Of a stretch of 64,000 nucleotides of DNA, positions 19,544-27,996 are shown piece after piece. Both the position numbers and the translations under genes were made by a program. The notes below the pieces were generated by a model. That model was not told the origin of the DNA, did no database searches, and saw nothing but the letters and a program-made list of their open reading frames with translations. This DNA is from a virus (lineage: Duplodnaviria > Caudoviricetes), in the IMG/VR virus record IMGVR_UViG_3300023218_000040, positions 32,001-96,000 of that record; one strand, 5' to 3'. Each line of letters opens with the position of its first letter. Position 1 is the stretch's first letter.

Positions 19544-20346
19544 GTAATGTTACAACAACACAGAAAGAAGAAGTCGATGTGGTCATTCCTTGGGTGAATG
19601 ACAAAGAAGACTGGCAGAGCCTTCGCTATGTCATTCGTTCCGTTGAAAAGAACTTTATCGATATGCGCAACCTATGGATTGTTGGGGATAAGCCAGATTT
19701 TCTGGATCCAAACACCTATAACTACATCCCTAATCCGTCGAAAGACAGTAATGATCTTTTGGTTAGGAATAGACATTTCTGCAACTCGATGTATTTGGCT
19801 GCAATTTGCCCCGAGGTATCTCCAACGTTTTTGTATATGGCCGATAACCATTACCTCGCAACCCCCAGAACTGCCAAGGATTTCCGAACTACAATCTTAG
19901 TGCGAGAAAATATGGCTGAATATTCTCAGATCGAAAGGAAAACCGCCAACACATCATGGCAACTCATGATTTGGGACACGATAGATCGCCTGCTAGATCA
20001 TGGGTTATCAGGGTGGAACTATGAGACACACACCCCTAAACTAGTCAACAAAGACAAGCTTCTTGACTGTCTCGTTTTCTTTGGCATCGGAGATGGCAAA
20101 CTTATCTGGCAAACAGCTTACTTCAACATGTTTCTTACACCAACAACCCGGGGACATCTATCCGAGTCTACCAAGTTGAAAGCTGGGTTCTACGAGAAGT
20201 GCACTGCTGACGAAATTGCGGCCAAGTGTATGGATGCCATCTACATTAATCACAATGACCTTGGTTTGAGTGACGAATTGAAGGCATATTTGGAAGCCTA
20301 CTTTTCAACGCCATCAAAATACGAAAATACTGAGCCCTCGGAGTAA
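19540..20346 (+). CDS. Stealth-family-like phosphoglycosyltransferase / glycosyltransferase
   Basis: VDVVIPWVN (CR1-like), SLRYVIRSVEKNF...LWIVGDKPDFL and FLYMADNHYL (CR2-like). Confidence 0.65.
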   Translation: MSNVTTTQKEEVDVVIPWVNDKEDWQSLRYVIRSVEKNFIDMRNLWIVGDKPDFLDPNTYNYIPNPSKDSNDLLVRNRHFCNSMYLAAICPEVSPTFLYMADNHYLATPRTAKDFRTTILVRENMAEYSQIERKTANTSWQLMIWDTIDRLLDHGLSGWNYETHTPKLVNKDKLLDCLVFFGIGDGKLIWQTAYFNMFLTPTTRGHLSESTKLKAGFYEKCTADEIAAKCMDAIYINHNDLGLSDELKAYLEAYFSTPSKYENTEPSE

Positions 20347-20357
20347 GGTACTACCAG

Positions 20358-20363
20358 TAAATA
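20358..20363 (+). promoter_or_regulatory. Putative late promoter TAAATA within the inverted repeat ACCAGT-AAAT-ACTGGT
   Basis: 34 nt upstream of ATG 20397. Confidence 0.55.
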
Positions 20364-20396
20364 CTGGTATCCACAAGCGTTTCAGGAAAGCAATAG

Positions 20397-21071
20397 ATGG
20401 CTGATACTCCAAAAAATAATCATTGGCAACGAGTTGTCCTCTCGCCAACAGGCGTTACTCCTGGAACATATGACCGAGCCAAGGTAACTGTCAACGATGA
20501 AGGCCGAATTGTCAACATCTCCAGCAACGCTGCGTCTTCCGCAGCCGTTGTTGGCACAATCGGTGATCTACCAACAGTATCAGGCGGAACTCCAGCAAAC
20601 GGAGAGATAGCGGTTGTCCTAAATGATGGTTCTGGAAACGAACAGATCTACGTCAACAACAGCTCGAATGTAGACCTTGGTGCTCCTCTTAATCGTTGGC
20701 GTTTGGTTGCCTCCACGGACGTTGTAACACCGCCGTTCGACTTTCGCCAATCGGCCATTGGAACTGCTGCCAACCAAACAATCTCGTTTCCAATCCAGGA
20801 CACCGGTATCATCAAGGAGATTGCTGTAGTAATAACCACTTCTTACAGTGGTGGTGCAACGATTTCTATTCAAGATAATGCTGGTTTTGTCTACATGCAA
20901 ACATCGGAAATCAACCCACAATTGGAAGGCATCTACAAGACTGACCTATCCGGTAACCTAGCAGACATCCAGACTAATAGCGCCCCAGGCGAGGGTCAGA
21001 TGCGTGCCATCGTGGGTGGAGCCCCAAGCGTAGGCGCAGGAGTAGTCTTCATCACCTTCGTTCAGCCGTAA
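20397..21071 (+). CDS. Putative virion fibre/decoration protein
   Basis: TGVTPGTYDRAKVTVNDEGRI fibre repeat motif; late promoter. Confidence 0.7.
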   Translation: MADTPKNNHWQRVVLSPTGVTPGTYDRAKVTVNDEGRIVNISSNAASSAAVVGTIGDLPTVSGGTPANGEIAVVLNDGSGNEQIYVNNSSNVDLGAPLNRWRLVASTDVVTPPFDFRQSAIGTAANQTISFPIQDTGIIKEIAVVITTSYSGGATISIQDNAGFVYMQTSEINPQLEGIYKTDLSGNLADIQTNSAPGEGQMRAIVGGAPSVGAGVVFITFVQP

Positions 21072-21451
21072 CGGTCTGCAAGCCTCTCTACAAGCTCTCT
21101 GATGTATTGGAAGGTCTTCGGTGCCTTGTGGGCTAGGTCTGCTAATCCAGAACCCAAGGGAGCCACAGGGAAGACCACAATGCCCCCAGCGAACAGGTGC
21201 TGAATCACCGGTTCCATGTCCTCATTAATCCATTCTTTATTTCTCTCAAGTTGGTCATCGGACAGGAATGCAAATCGGTCCTTGGTAGGAGTCCTCTTCG
21301 TCCTCACGCCCACTGCATTGGATTTGCCACGGCAGACCATAGCCAACCCTCCACGTCCTCTACGCAGGTTATTATCACCAAACACGTAGAGAACGCTTGG
21401 ATTCATATCAAGGTCAGCTTCCTCGATACGAGACTGAAAGATAACAGGCAT
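21062..21451 (-). CDS. Conserved-looking phage protein, possibly macrodomain-like
   Basis: YVFGDNNLRRGRGG...NAVGVRTK and VVFP...LGSGLA Gly-rich loops; fold assignment is recollection only. Confidence 0.6.
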   Translation of the reverse strand: MPVIFQSRIEEADLDMNPSVLYVFGDNNLRRGRGGLAMVCRGKSNAVGVRTKRTPTKDRFAFLSDDQLERNKEWINEDMEPVIQHLFAGGIVVFPVAPLGSGLADLAHKAPKTFQYIRELVERLADRYG

Positions 21452-22335
21452 TAGTATATTTCACTCTTGATGAGCCGCATGATGTCGATATCCACTTGAT
21501 CGTTCAGATCATTCCACTCAGGCGTACCTTTGTGATCATGATCCAACACTGCATCAGAAAATTTGAAATTGCTACCGTCCTCAAATGACTTGAACATCAT
21601 TCTTTTGGCACAGGCGTGCAGTTCTTCATAACTCTTGTTGTAGAGTTCAAAGTCAACTTCTCCACGCTTGATCTTCAGCACCACTTCGGCAGCAAATCCA
21701 GTCGCAGCAAGAGGCATTTCCTCACCATCCAGAAGGTCGATGATGAACGTTAGAAGCCGATAGGCGTGCGATGCGCTCTTCCAGTTTATCGGTTCGTCCG
21801 GAGTACCGTACATTGCACGCTTATTCATCTGCTCAGCCGTAAAAAACGTAGCAAGTACGGTATCCCCGACATTCATCTTGACCAAGGTGCGAAGCATGTC
21901 CATCACCGAATAGACTTTGGGGTTCACGCACGTTGCCAACGAGAACAAAGGCTCGAAAAAGTTGATGTTGCCCTTCAGCGCATGCTTACGGTAGTTCTGC
22001 ATCGGATGAAGCTCGCAATCGAGCTTGTCCGTAACAAGACTAAAACGCTGGTTGCGACCGAAATACAGGTCTTCGAATGAGGGCAGGTAAACTGCCTTCA
22101 TGTCGATATCGGAATCCTCGGTCACGCACCTATAGTTCAGAGAACCAACCGCAGCCACAAACGCAACCTGACGGCCCACGTAGTGCTCCTCGTAGGCTTT
22201 CAGGTGAGGGGCCAGGGAACTGTAAACGCCATAGGCATCAGACAGCAAGGGAACCGACTCAGGCTCCTTAAGAGTGTCATACACTAAGCCCACAGTTCTC
22301 TGTGCCTCATTCAGCTTTTTTTCGAACAGGTCCAT
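21451..22335 (-). CDS. Nucleotidyltransferase, Pol-beta superfamily (RlaP / T4 NrdC.11-like)
   Basis: VGSLNY...EDSDIDMKAVYLP = GS..Y...SDxD motif; N(I)NFFEPLF; start set at ATG 22335 downstream of the promoter. Confidence 0.8.
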   Translation of the reverse strand: MDLFEKKLNEAQRTVGLVYDTLKEPESVPLLSDAYGVYSSLAPHLKAYEEHYVGRQVAFVAAVGSLNYRCVTEDSDIDMKAVYLPSFEDLYFGRNQRFSLVTDKLDCELHPMQNYRKHALKGNINFFEPLFSLATCVNPKVYSVMDMLRTLVKMNVGDTVLATFFTAEQMNKRAMYGTPDEPINWKSASHAYRLLTFIIDLLDGEEMPLAATGFAAEVVLKIKRGEVDFELYNKSYEELHACAKRMMFKSFEDGSNFKFSDAVLDHDHKGTPEWNDLNDQVDIDIMRLIKSEIY

Positions 22336-22368
22336 CGTACATCTCTGGGTTGACAAATCTTCCTGAGT

Positions 22369-22397
22369 AATATACACTATGGACTTTACCGAGTCAA
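22369..22397 (-). promoter_or_regulatory. Sigma70-type promoter
   Basis: TTGACT-N17-TATATT. Confidence 0.7.
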
Positions 22398-22401
22398 GGC
22401 A

Positions 22402-23070
22402 ATGAACACACCACCCAAATATCCAAGCACCCCACATTGGCCCGCCTCACAGACGGTCCATCGGGACGACTCTCTTCACCAGACTCCAGCAGAGTTTGTG
22501 GGACGGGAAGTTGTAATCACTGAGAAGGTGGATGGTGGAAATACTTGCCTCTTCAATGGGGGAGTGTATGCTCGCTCGGTGGCTGCCCCATCGACGGCTA
22601 AGTGGTTTGCTATGGTGAAGAAACATCACGCCTGGAAGTTCAATTGTCAGCTTGATATTGCGGTCTATGGCGAGGACATCTATGGTGTTCATTCAATCAA
22701 GTACGCCCCTGTGGCTGAAGAAGAAACCTACCGTATCTTCGCCATTCGGGCTCTGAATACCGACCCAGATCGCTTCTACTCTTGGGACGACCTGGAGGCT
22801 TTCGGGGCGCAGTGGGGCATCAAGACGGTCCCTGTGATATATCGTGGGGTCTTCGACTCCATATATGATATCACGAACTTCTTCGAGACTGAGCTTTCTA
22901 ATGAAAGCGGTATTGGAGGGCAGGACCGTGAGGGGTTCGTCATGCGGGTCGCTGACAGCTTCCCTGCGGACGAATTCGCTCTTCGAGTGTGCAAGTACGT
23001 GCGTCCTAACCATGTTCAGACGGATGAGCATTGGACGAAGAACTGGAAGCCATGCGAGATTAAGCGTTAG
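22402..23070 (+). CDS. ATP-dependent RNA ligase family protein
   Basis: KYPSTPHW; motif I TEKVDGGN; YGED; motif IV REGFVMR; motif V KYVRPNHVQTDEHW. Confidence 0.8.
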   Translation: MNTPPKYPSTPHWPASQTVHRDDSLHQTPAEFVGREVVITEKVDGGNTCLFNGGVYARSVAAPSTAKWFAMVKKHHAWKFNCQLDIAVYGEDIYGVHSIKYAPVAEEETYRIFAIRALNTDPDRFYSWDDLEAFGAQWGIKTVPVIYRGVFDSIYDITNFFETELSNESGIGGQDREGFVMRVADSFPADEFALRVCKYVRPNHVQTDEHWTKNWKPCEIKR

Positions 23071-23075
23071 GGCAA

Positions 23076-23098
23076 GGCGGGAGGGCTTCCCTCCCGCC
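23076..23098. terminator. GC-rich hairpin between convergent genes
   Basis: GGCGGGAGGG-CTT-CCCTCCCGCC; no clear U tract. Confidence 0.55.
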
Positions 23099-23110
23099 GC
23101 CCTCGTCTTA

Positions 23111-23611
23111 TCAGGCCGACTTGACAGCCTTCAGGGTTTCCGTAGAACCGGGAATCACGTCTTCTGCTCCGTTCATATTAATAACTTTAAGCTTCCGTGG
23201 CTTTTCTGATTCCGGAATGACCCTGGTCACTGGAATAGTCAGCAAGCCATTCCTCATGCTCGGAACGCCCACTTCCATGTTGTCACCTAGACGGATCTCC
23301 AGGCTGAAATCACGACGAGCAATCCCCCGATGTAGGTACTCTTCGTTGTTGCCAGTTAGTAGACGACCAGAGATGGACAAATTACGGTTCTTTACTTCCA
23401 CATCGATTTGGTCAGGATCAAATCCAGTAGCAGCAACTTCTACCATGTACTTGTCCTCATCGATCTTGATGATGTTGTACTTTGGATAGTTGACATCCGG
23501 CGCATTCACATAGTTTCGAAGTTCGCTGAAAAGCGGTCCAAAACCTAGGACACGTGGATGATGAAAGGTTGATTCGAGTTCATCGAATAGACGAGTTAGT
23601 TCGTTACTCAT
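23111..23611 (-). CDS. hsp20: Small heat-shock protein (Hsp20 / IbpA-like)
   Basis: YPKYNIIK...YMVEVAATGF...YLHRGIARRDF...NGLLTI; AGGAGG SD. Confidence 0.95.
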   Translation of the reverse strand: MSNELTRLFDELESTFHHPRVLGFGPLFSELRNYVNAPDVNYPKYNIIKIDEDKYMVEVAATGFDPDQIDVEVKNRNLSISGRLLTGNNEEYLHRGIARRDFSLEIRLGDNMEVGVPSMRNGLLTIPVTRVIPESEKPRKLKVINMNGAEDVIPGSTETLKAVKSA

Positions 23612-23668
23612 TTTAGTATCCTCCTAGTTAGCAAGGTTACATTGTATAAGGCCCCAAAAGGCGACCTC
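23612..23668 (-). promoter_or_regulatory. ROSE-like RNA thermometer in hsp20 5' UTR
   Basis: CUUGCU-AACU-AGGAGG SD hairpin plus upstream hairpin GAGGUCGCC-UUUU-GGGGCCUU. Confidence 0.45.
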
Positions 23669-23713
23669 ACACTATATTTATGTCTCTTGCTCTGGAGAAT
23701 CAAGGTTTTGAAC

Positions 23714-24229
23714 TTACTTGAATACATCTGATATCTTGGAGCCAAATCGAGAGGGAGAAAAAAATCCCATCAGTTTGCGTTGTTTCTCGTCACCACGACC
23801 GCTGGTCACACGAACCTCGAAGCCTATGTATTTGCCGTTCCCGTAACCGTTCTTTTCGAAATGCTGACGCACCGCTTGCTTCATCATCGGTACAGAGGCA
23901 GCTACGATCCCGCTGGGGGTTTTGGCAATGTACAATTGAGCCTTGCCTTTCATGTCCCGACCCTCGATACCTTTATCAATGTCCTTCATGATCTCGAAAA
24001 TGATATCTTTTCCGGTCTCTCGTCCCTTGATCTGAACAGTAAGCTGCTTCTTATTAGTTTTGTTCCTGATGTATGCATCGATCTTGTCGTGCATGTCCGC
24101 ACTCTGCGATGCAGAAACGATCTCGTAGTCCGTTCCTTCGAGCATCTTTGCAACCGCATCGAAGATTTGCTTCTCCAGGGCTTTGCCTCTGGCTACTCGG
24201 TCCTGAAAGCTTCTATCTGCTATTACCAT
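23714..24229 (-). CDS. Hypothetical protein, possible PD-(D/E)XK nuclease fold
   Basis: GKALE...DMHDKIDAY...TVQIKGR pattern. Confidence 0.55.
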   Translation of the reverse strand: MVIADRSFQDRVARGKALEKQIFDAVAKMLEGTDYEIVSASQSADMHDKIDAYIRNKTNKKQLTVQIKGRETGKDIIFEIMKDIDKGIEGRDMKGKAQLYIAKTPSGIVAASVPMMKQAVRQHFEKNGYGNGKYIGFEVRVTSGRGDEKQRKLMGFFSPSRFGSKISDVFK

Positions 24230-25770
24230 CGGATAGTCTCCATACTGTTGTCTCTATTTACATCCCACTGCAATCGTAATTTTCCACAATCATATATAGA
24301 GTAATATCCTATATCATTCAACATTTGCTCCTTTGTAAGCAAAGAATTTGTTGCTTCACCAGAATCTAACATGCTCCTTTTTGTCTTGAATCTGCGGTGT
24401 TTTCTGTCTACAAAGTTAGTCCAAAATTTCGCTGGAGCAGTAGCACCATCAACTATAAACCCGGATATGGATTTGAAAGAACCAGTAAACCAACGTCGAT
24501 CTACAAACGCTACTACCGATGTATATCCTTTTTCACGTATTGCATGCTTAAACATCTTGGATCCCACACCAGGGTTGTTCTTTCCATTAGTCACAAATCT
24601 CTTCATTTCCACGACATCTTTTCTACCACGTTCATCTGACGGGTAACCAAACACCATTACCGAAATCAATTCATCTCCGTGGTAAGCTCCAATTCGGTAA
24701 TTGCCGGATTGTCCAGCACCAAGCAAATGATGCTTGTTCAAAAATTCTGATGCTGTAGCCCACGAAACCTCAAGAATAGTTGTGTTTCTGGCATACACAC
24801 CTTTGGGTGAACACCCTAAAAAATGTGCTAACGTGCTCTTAACGATTTCTTGCTTGTCTCTCCATTCATCCTCGAAAACTGTTATTAATCTAATACCTTT
24901 TTGTTCGCACAATTCGTGTTTTTTCAAGTGATACCTTTTATCTTTATTACCAAAGAAAGAAGAATGAGTGCGCAATCCACAATATTCTATTCCTAAATTG
25001 ATAGCTGGTATAAGAATATCGATTTCATATGGATTTATGGTATCTCTATCATTCTCTACTACTTCTACATTAAAACTCTTAACAAAATCACAAACTTCTT
25101 TTTCTGCTTTAGATGTTTGTTTTCCTATGGCACATTTTGGACAACCCACACCGGTATACATATGATGACCAGCATATTGCTCAACTTCACCATGTTTGGG
25201 GCAATCGATTTTTACCTTTTCATATTGATTGGTATATTCTACATTCGGATAACTGTATTTTCCATCATGTTTTTTTATGGAACGTTTAATGAATTCCTCA
25301 TTACCAACCCGTCGCTTTTCATTGGCACATTTTGGACATCCAGAACCATTTTTATGTCTAGAAACTTTCTGTTTAAACAATCCGTGATCAGGACATTCTA
25401 TTTCAAGTATATGACGGCTTCCTCTAAAATTTTCAGGCTTTTTGATGGGGTATTTGTACTTTTTTCCATGAATAGCAGTAAACTCTTCAATAAATTTGTT
25501 CCATCCCAGTTGTCTACCAGGACGGGTGAATGTTGTACATACGGGACAAAATATGTTTCGTTGAAGTATTCGATTGAATTTAGTTTTACAAACATTACAA
25601 ACAAATGGATAACTTATCCACTTACCATTCCTATGCTTTCCTTTATACTCTTTCAGTGTAAATTCTAAATGAATATCTGGCAACAGATCATTACTGATTT
25701 TATCATATGATCTCTGTAATTTTGTTGTTGATACTTTTTCCGACATGTTCATATTGATAATGTAACACAA
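24223..25770 (-). CDS. Hef-like putative homing endonuclease (Zn ribbons + PD-(D/E)XK + Mom/GNAT-like)
   Basis: CPDHG/CPKHG repeats; EIDILIPAINLGIEYCG; EMKRFVT...GVGSKMF...AFVDRRWF...SIYDCG. Confidence 0.8.
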   Translation of the reverse strand: MCYIINMNMSEKVSTTKLQRSYDKISNDLLPDIHLEFTLKEYKGKHRNGKWISYPFVCNVCKTKFNRILQRNIFCPVCTTFTRPGRQLGWNKFIEEFTAIHGKKYKYPIKKPENFRGSRHILEIECPDHGLFKQKVSRHKNGSGCPKCANEKRRVGNEEFIKRSIKKHDGKYSYPNVEYTNQYEKVKIDCPKHGEVEQYAGHHMYTGVGCPKCAIGKQTSKAEKEVCDFVKSFNVEVVENDRDTINPYEIDILIPAINLGIEYCGLRTHSSFFGNKDKRYHLKKHELCEQKGIRLITVFEDEWRDKQEIVKSTLAHFLGCSPKGVYARNTTILEVSWATASEFLNKHHLLGAGQSGNYRIGAYHGDELISVMVFGYPSDERGRKDVVEMKRFVTNGKNNPGVGSKMFKHAIREKGYTSVVAFVDRRWFTGSFKSISGFIVDGATAPAKFWTNFVDRKHRRFKTKRSMLDSGEATNSLLTKEQMLNDIGYYSIYDCGKLRLQWDVNRDNSMETIRW

Positions 25771-25827
25771 CTATAATGACAATCAAGATTTTACACTTGT
25801 TATGTACTTATCAACATTTGAACATAA

Positions 25828-25851
25828 AAGGGGGAGCCCTAGGCTCCCCTT
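25828..25851 (-). terminator. Intrinsic terminator
   Basis: GGGGAGCC-CTA-GGCTCCCC hairpin with U run on the minus strand. Confidence 0.75.
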
Positions 25852-25871
25852 CTACTTAGAATTGGACACTC

Positions 25872-26000
25872 TTATCCAATTAGTGAATTTCCTTTCTTCA
25901 GATTTTCCTGCTTGGTGAGAAGCTGCAAGTTTCCTTCAATATGAAGCCCGCACACACTCTCTCCATGCAATGGAATGATGTGGTCAACGTGATTCTTCAC
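25872..26000 (-). pseudogene. Truncated HNH endonuclease remnant (42 codons)
   Basis: GTG overlapping the Hef stop; KNHVDHIIPLHGESVCGLHIEGNLQLLTKQENLKKGN is a complete HNH core. Confidence 0.75.
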
Positions 26001-27877
26001 GTTGATTCCCAAACCAATCTGAGTTTGCCGCAATCATAAATGGGGTAGTATCCCAGGCTGTTTAACATTTGCTTCTTCGTCATATTTGGGTCAACCCCAT
26101 CCTTCTCTATCATGCTTTTTTTGGTTTTGAATCTACGCTGTTCTCTAGTGGAAAAATCAGTCCAATACTTCGTCGGCTGCGTCTTTCCATCTACTACAAA
26201 ACCAGAAAGCGCTTTGAAAGAACCAGTGAACCACCGTCTATCAACAAAGGCTATCACTTTAGTATACACCTTCTCGTCAACCGCATGCTTGAACATCTTG
26301 GAACCAACACCGGGGTTGTTCCTGCCATTCGTGACGAATCGCTTCATCTCGATGATATCCTCCATCCCACGCTCGTCGGAAGGATAACCAAACACCATGA
26401 CCGCTACTAACTCATCACCATGATACGCCCCGATTCTGTAGTTTCCTGGCTGACCAGCACCAAGAAGATGGTGCTTTTCCAAAAACCCGGAAGCAATCGA
26501 CCACGGAATATCATGTATTCTTGTTTTTCTGGCGAATACACCCTTCGGAGTGCATCCTAGAAAGTGCGACAACGTGCTCTTAACGATTTCTTGCTTGTCC
26601 CTCCACTCGTCCTCAAATATGGTAATCAATCGATATCCAGCATCTTCTGCCTTATCATGCTTCCGCACATGATAGTTGCGGTCCTTTCCTCCCTCACTTG
26701 AATGCCAATACAGACCACAATACTCTATAGCTAACTTCTTCTCTGGAATTACGATGTCGAGTTCGTATGGTGCTATAATACTTCGGTCTCGTTGAATTAC
26801 ATTGCCCTCACCAACCAAAGATGATACGAATTCGTATACCTCGATTTCACCTTTTGAAGTGATGCATGAACATATGGGACACCCTTGTCCTATCCAATGA
26901 TTCTTCGGTATTTGCTCAAAATCTCCATGCTCTTTACACGTTATCGTGACCTTCTTGTCAGCCAAGACATATTGCATCTTGGAGTAGTCATATCGGTCAC
27001 CGTGTGCCAATTTGAATCTCGCTATCACATCTTCTTGTGTGTTTCTGTTTGCATCAGCCATGCATTTAGGACAGCCATGACCTTTTTTGTGTAGTTTTGG
27101 AAGTTGTTCAAAATACCCGTGGTTTTTACACGTTATGGTAACGGGCGTACCATCACTAACGTATTTTGTTTTCGAATAATCATACTTCCCCCCGTGTATT
27201 TTCTTGAAATGTTCTATGACTTCTTCGGTGGTAAAAAGTCTGGTTCCACCACACTTCGGGCACCCGTGCCCACCATATAGATGGCCTCCAGCAAGTTGCT
27301 CAAAGCTTCCGTGAAGTGGGCAAATAATGGTCACCGGTCTGTTTTGGGATACGTAATCCACCAACGAATAATCGTATCGGTCGTTGTGTGCCTCTTTTGA
27401 CCTGGAAATAAAGGTATCGGTATCTAGTGAGCGAATTTCTATCGCACAAGACTTGCATCCACTTTTGAGATGGGAATGTGGTAGTTGTTCCCATACACCG
27501 TGTTTTGGGCACCGAATAGCTATTTTGGTATGTGCGTTCTTGTAGTCCACCAAAGAGTAGTCGTAGAGGTCGCCATGCACTGCTTGCGCCTCTTCAATGA
27601 ATCTTTTTTTGTCCCAAGGTTTGCGTCCACCAACACCCGGTCTCTTTTTACCTTTGGAAGTAGTACCACGTCTATCATTGAAGCATCCGGGGCAACCCGA
27701 AGTATTCAACACATGGTTCTTCGCCGTGGGGAAAAAATCGCCATGGATCTTACAAGTTACACGAATTTTTGACTGAAGATTACGGAATTCGGATAGGTCA
27801 TACTCATACCTATCACCATGAACTTCACAAGCTTTATCTAAAACTAAATCGGATGTCCATCGAATTCTGGATGACAT
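25997..27877 (-). CDS. Hef-like putative homing endonuclease (5 Zn ribbons + PD-(D/E)XK + Mom/GNAT-like)
   Basis: Five CxxHG...GCxxC repeats; ELDIVIPEKKLAIEYCGLYWH; C-terminal half closely similar to the 24223-25770 protein. Confidence 0.82.
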   Translation of the reverse strand: MSSRIRWTSDLVLDKACEVHGDRYEYDLSEFRNLQSKIRVTCKIHGDFFPTAKNHVLNTSGCPGCFNDRRGTTSKGKKRPGVGGRKPWDKKRFIEEAQAVHGDLYDYSLVDYKNAHTKIAIRCPKHGVWEQLPHSHLKSGCKSCAIEIRSLDTDTFISRSKEAHNDRYDYSLVDYVSQNRPVTIICPLHGSFEQLAGGHLYGGHGCPKCGGTRLFTTEEVIEHFKKIHGGKYDYSKTKYVSDGTPVTITCKNHGYFEQLPKLHKKGHGCPKCMADANRNTQEDVIARFKLAHGDRYDYSKMQYVLADKKVTITCKEHGDFEQIPKNHWIGQGCPICSCITSKGEIEVYEFVSSLVGEGNVIQRDRSIIAPYELDIVIPEKKLAIEYCGLYWHSSEGGKDRNYHVRKHDKAEDAGYRLITIFEDEWRDKQEIVKSTLSHFLGCTPKGVFARKTRIHDIPWSIASGFLEKHHLLGAGQPGNYRIGAYHGDELVAVMVFGYPSDERGMEDIIEMKRFVTNGRNNPGVGSKMFKHAVDEKVYTKVIAFVDRRWFTGSFKALSGFVVDGKTQPTKYWTDFSTREQRRFKTKKSMIEKDGVDPNMTKKQMLNSLGYYPIYDCGKLRLVWEST

Positions 27878-27918
27878 GACCTAAACCCTTCCAATACTAT
27901 CCCGCCAATATATGCGGT

Positions 27919-27924
27919 TATTTA
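27919..27924 (-). promoter_or_regulatory. Putative late promoter TAAATA for the endonuclease gene
   Basis: Just downstream of the capsid terminator, 42 nt upstream of ATG 27877. Confidence 0.55.
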
Positions 27925-27939
27925 GGGTTTGTAAAGGTC

Positions 27940-27968
27940 AAAAAGAAAAGGGCACCAACGGTGCCCTT
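27940..27968 (-). terminator. Intrinsic terminator of the major capsid gene
   Basis: AAGGGCACC-GTT-GGTGCCCTT followed by TTCTTTTT on the minus strand. Confidence 0.85.
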
Positions 27969-27996
27969 CTTCCTGCTTCGTAAGTTGTTGTTATTC

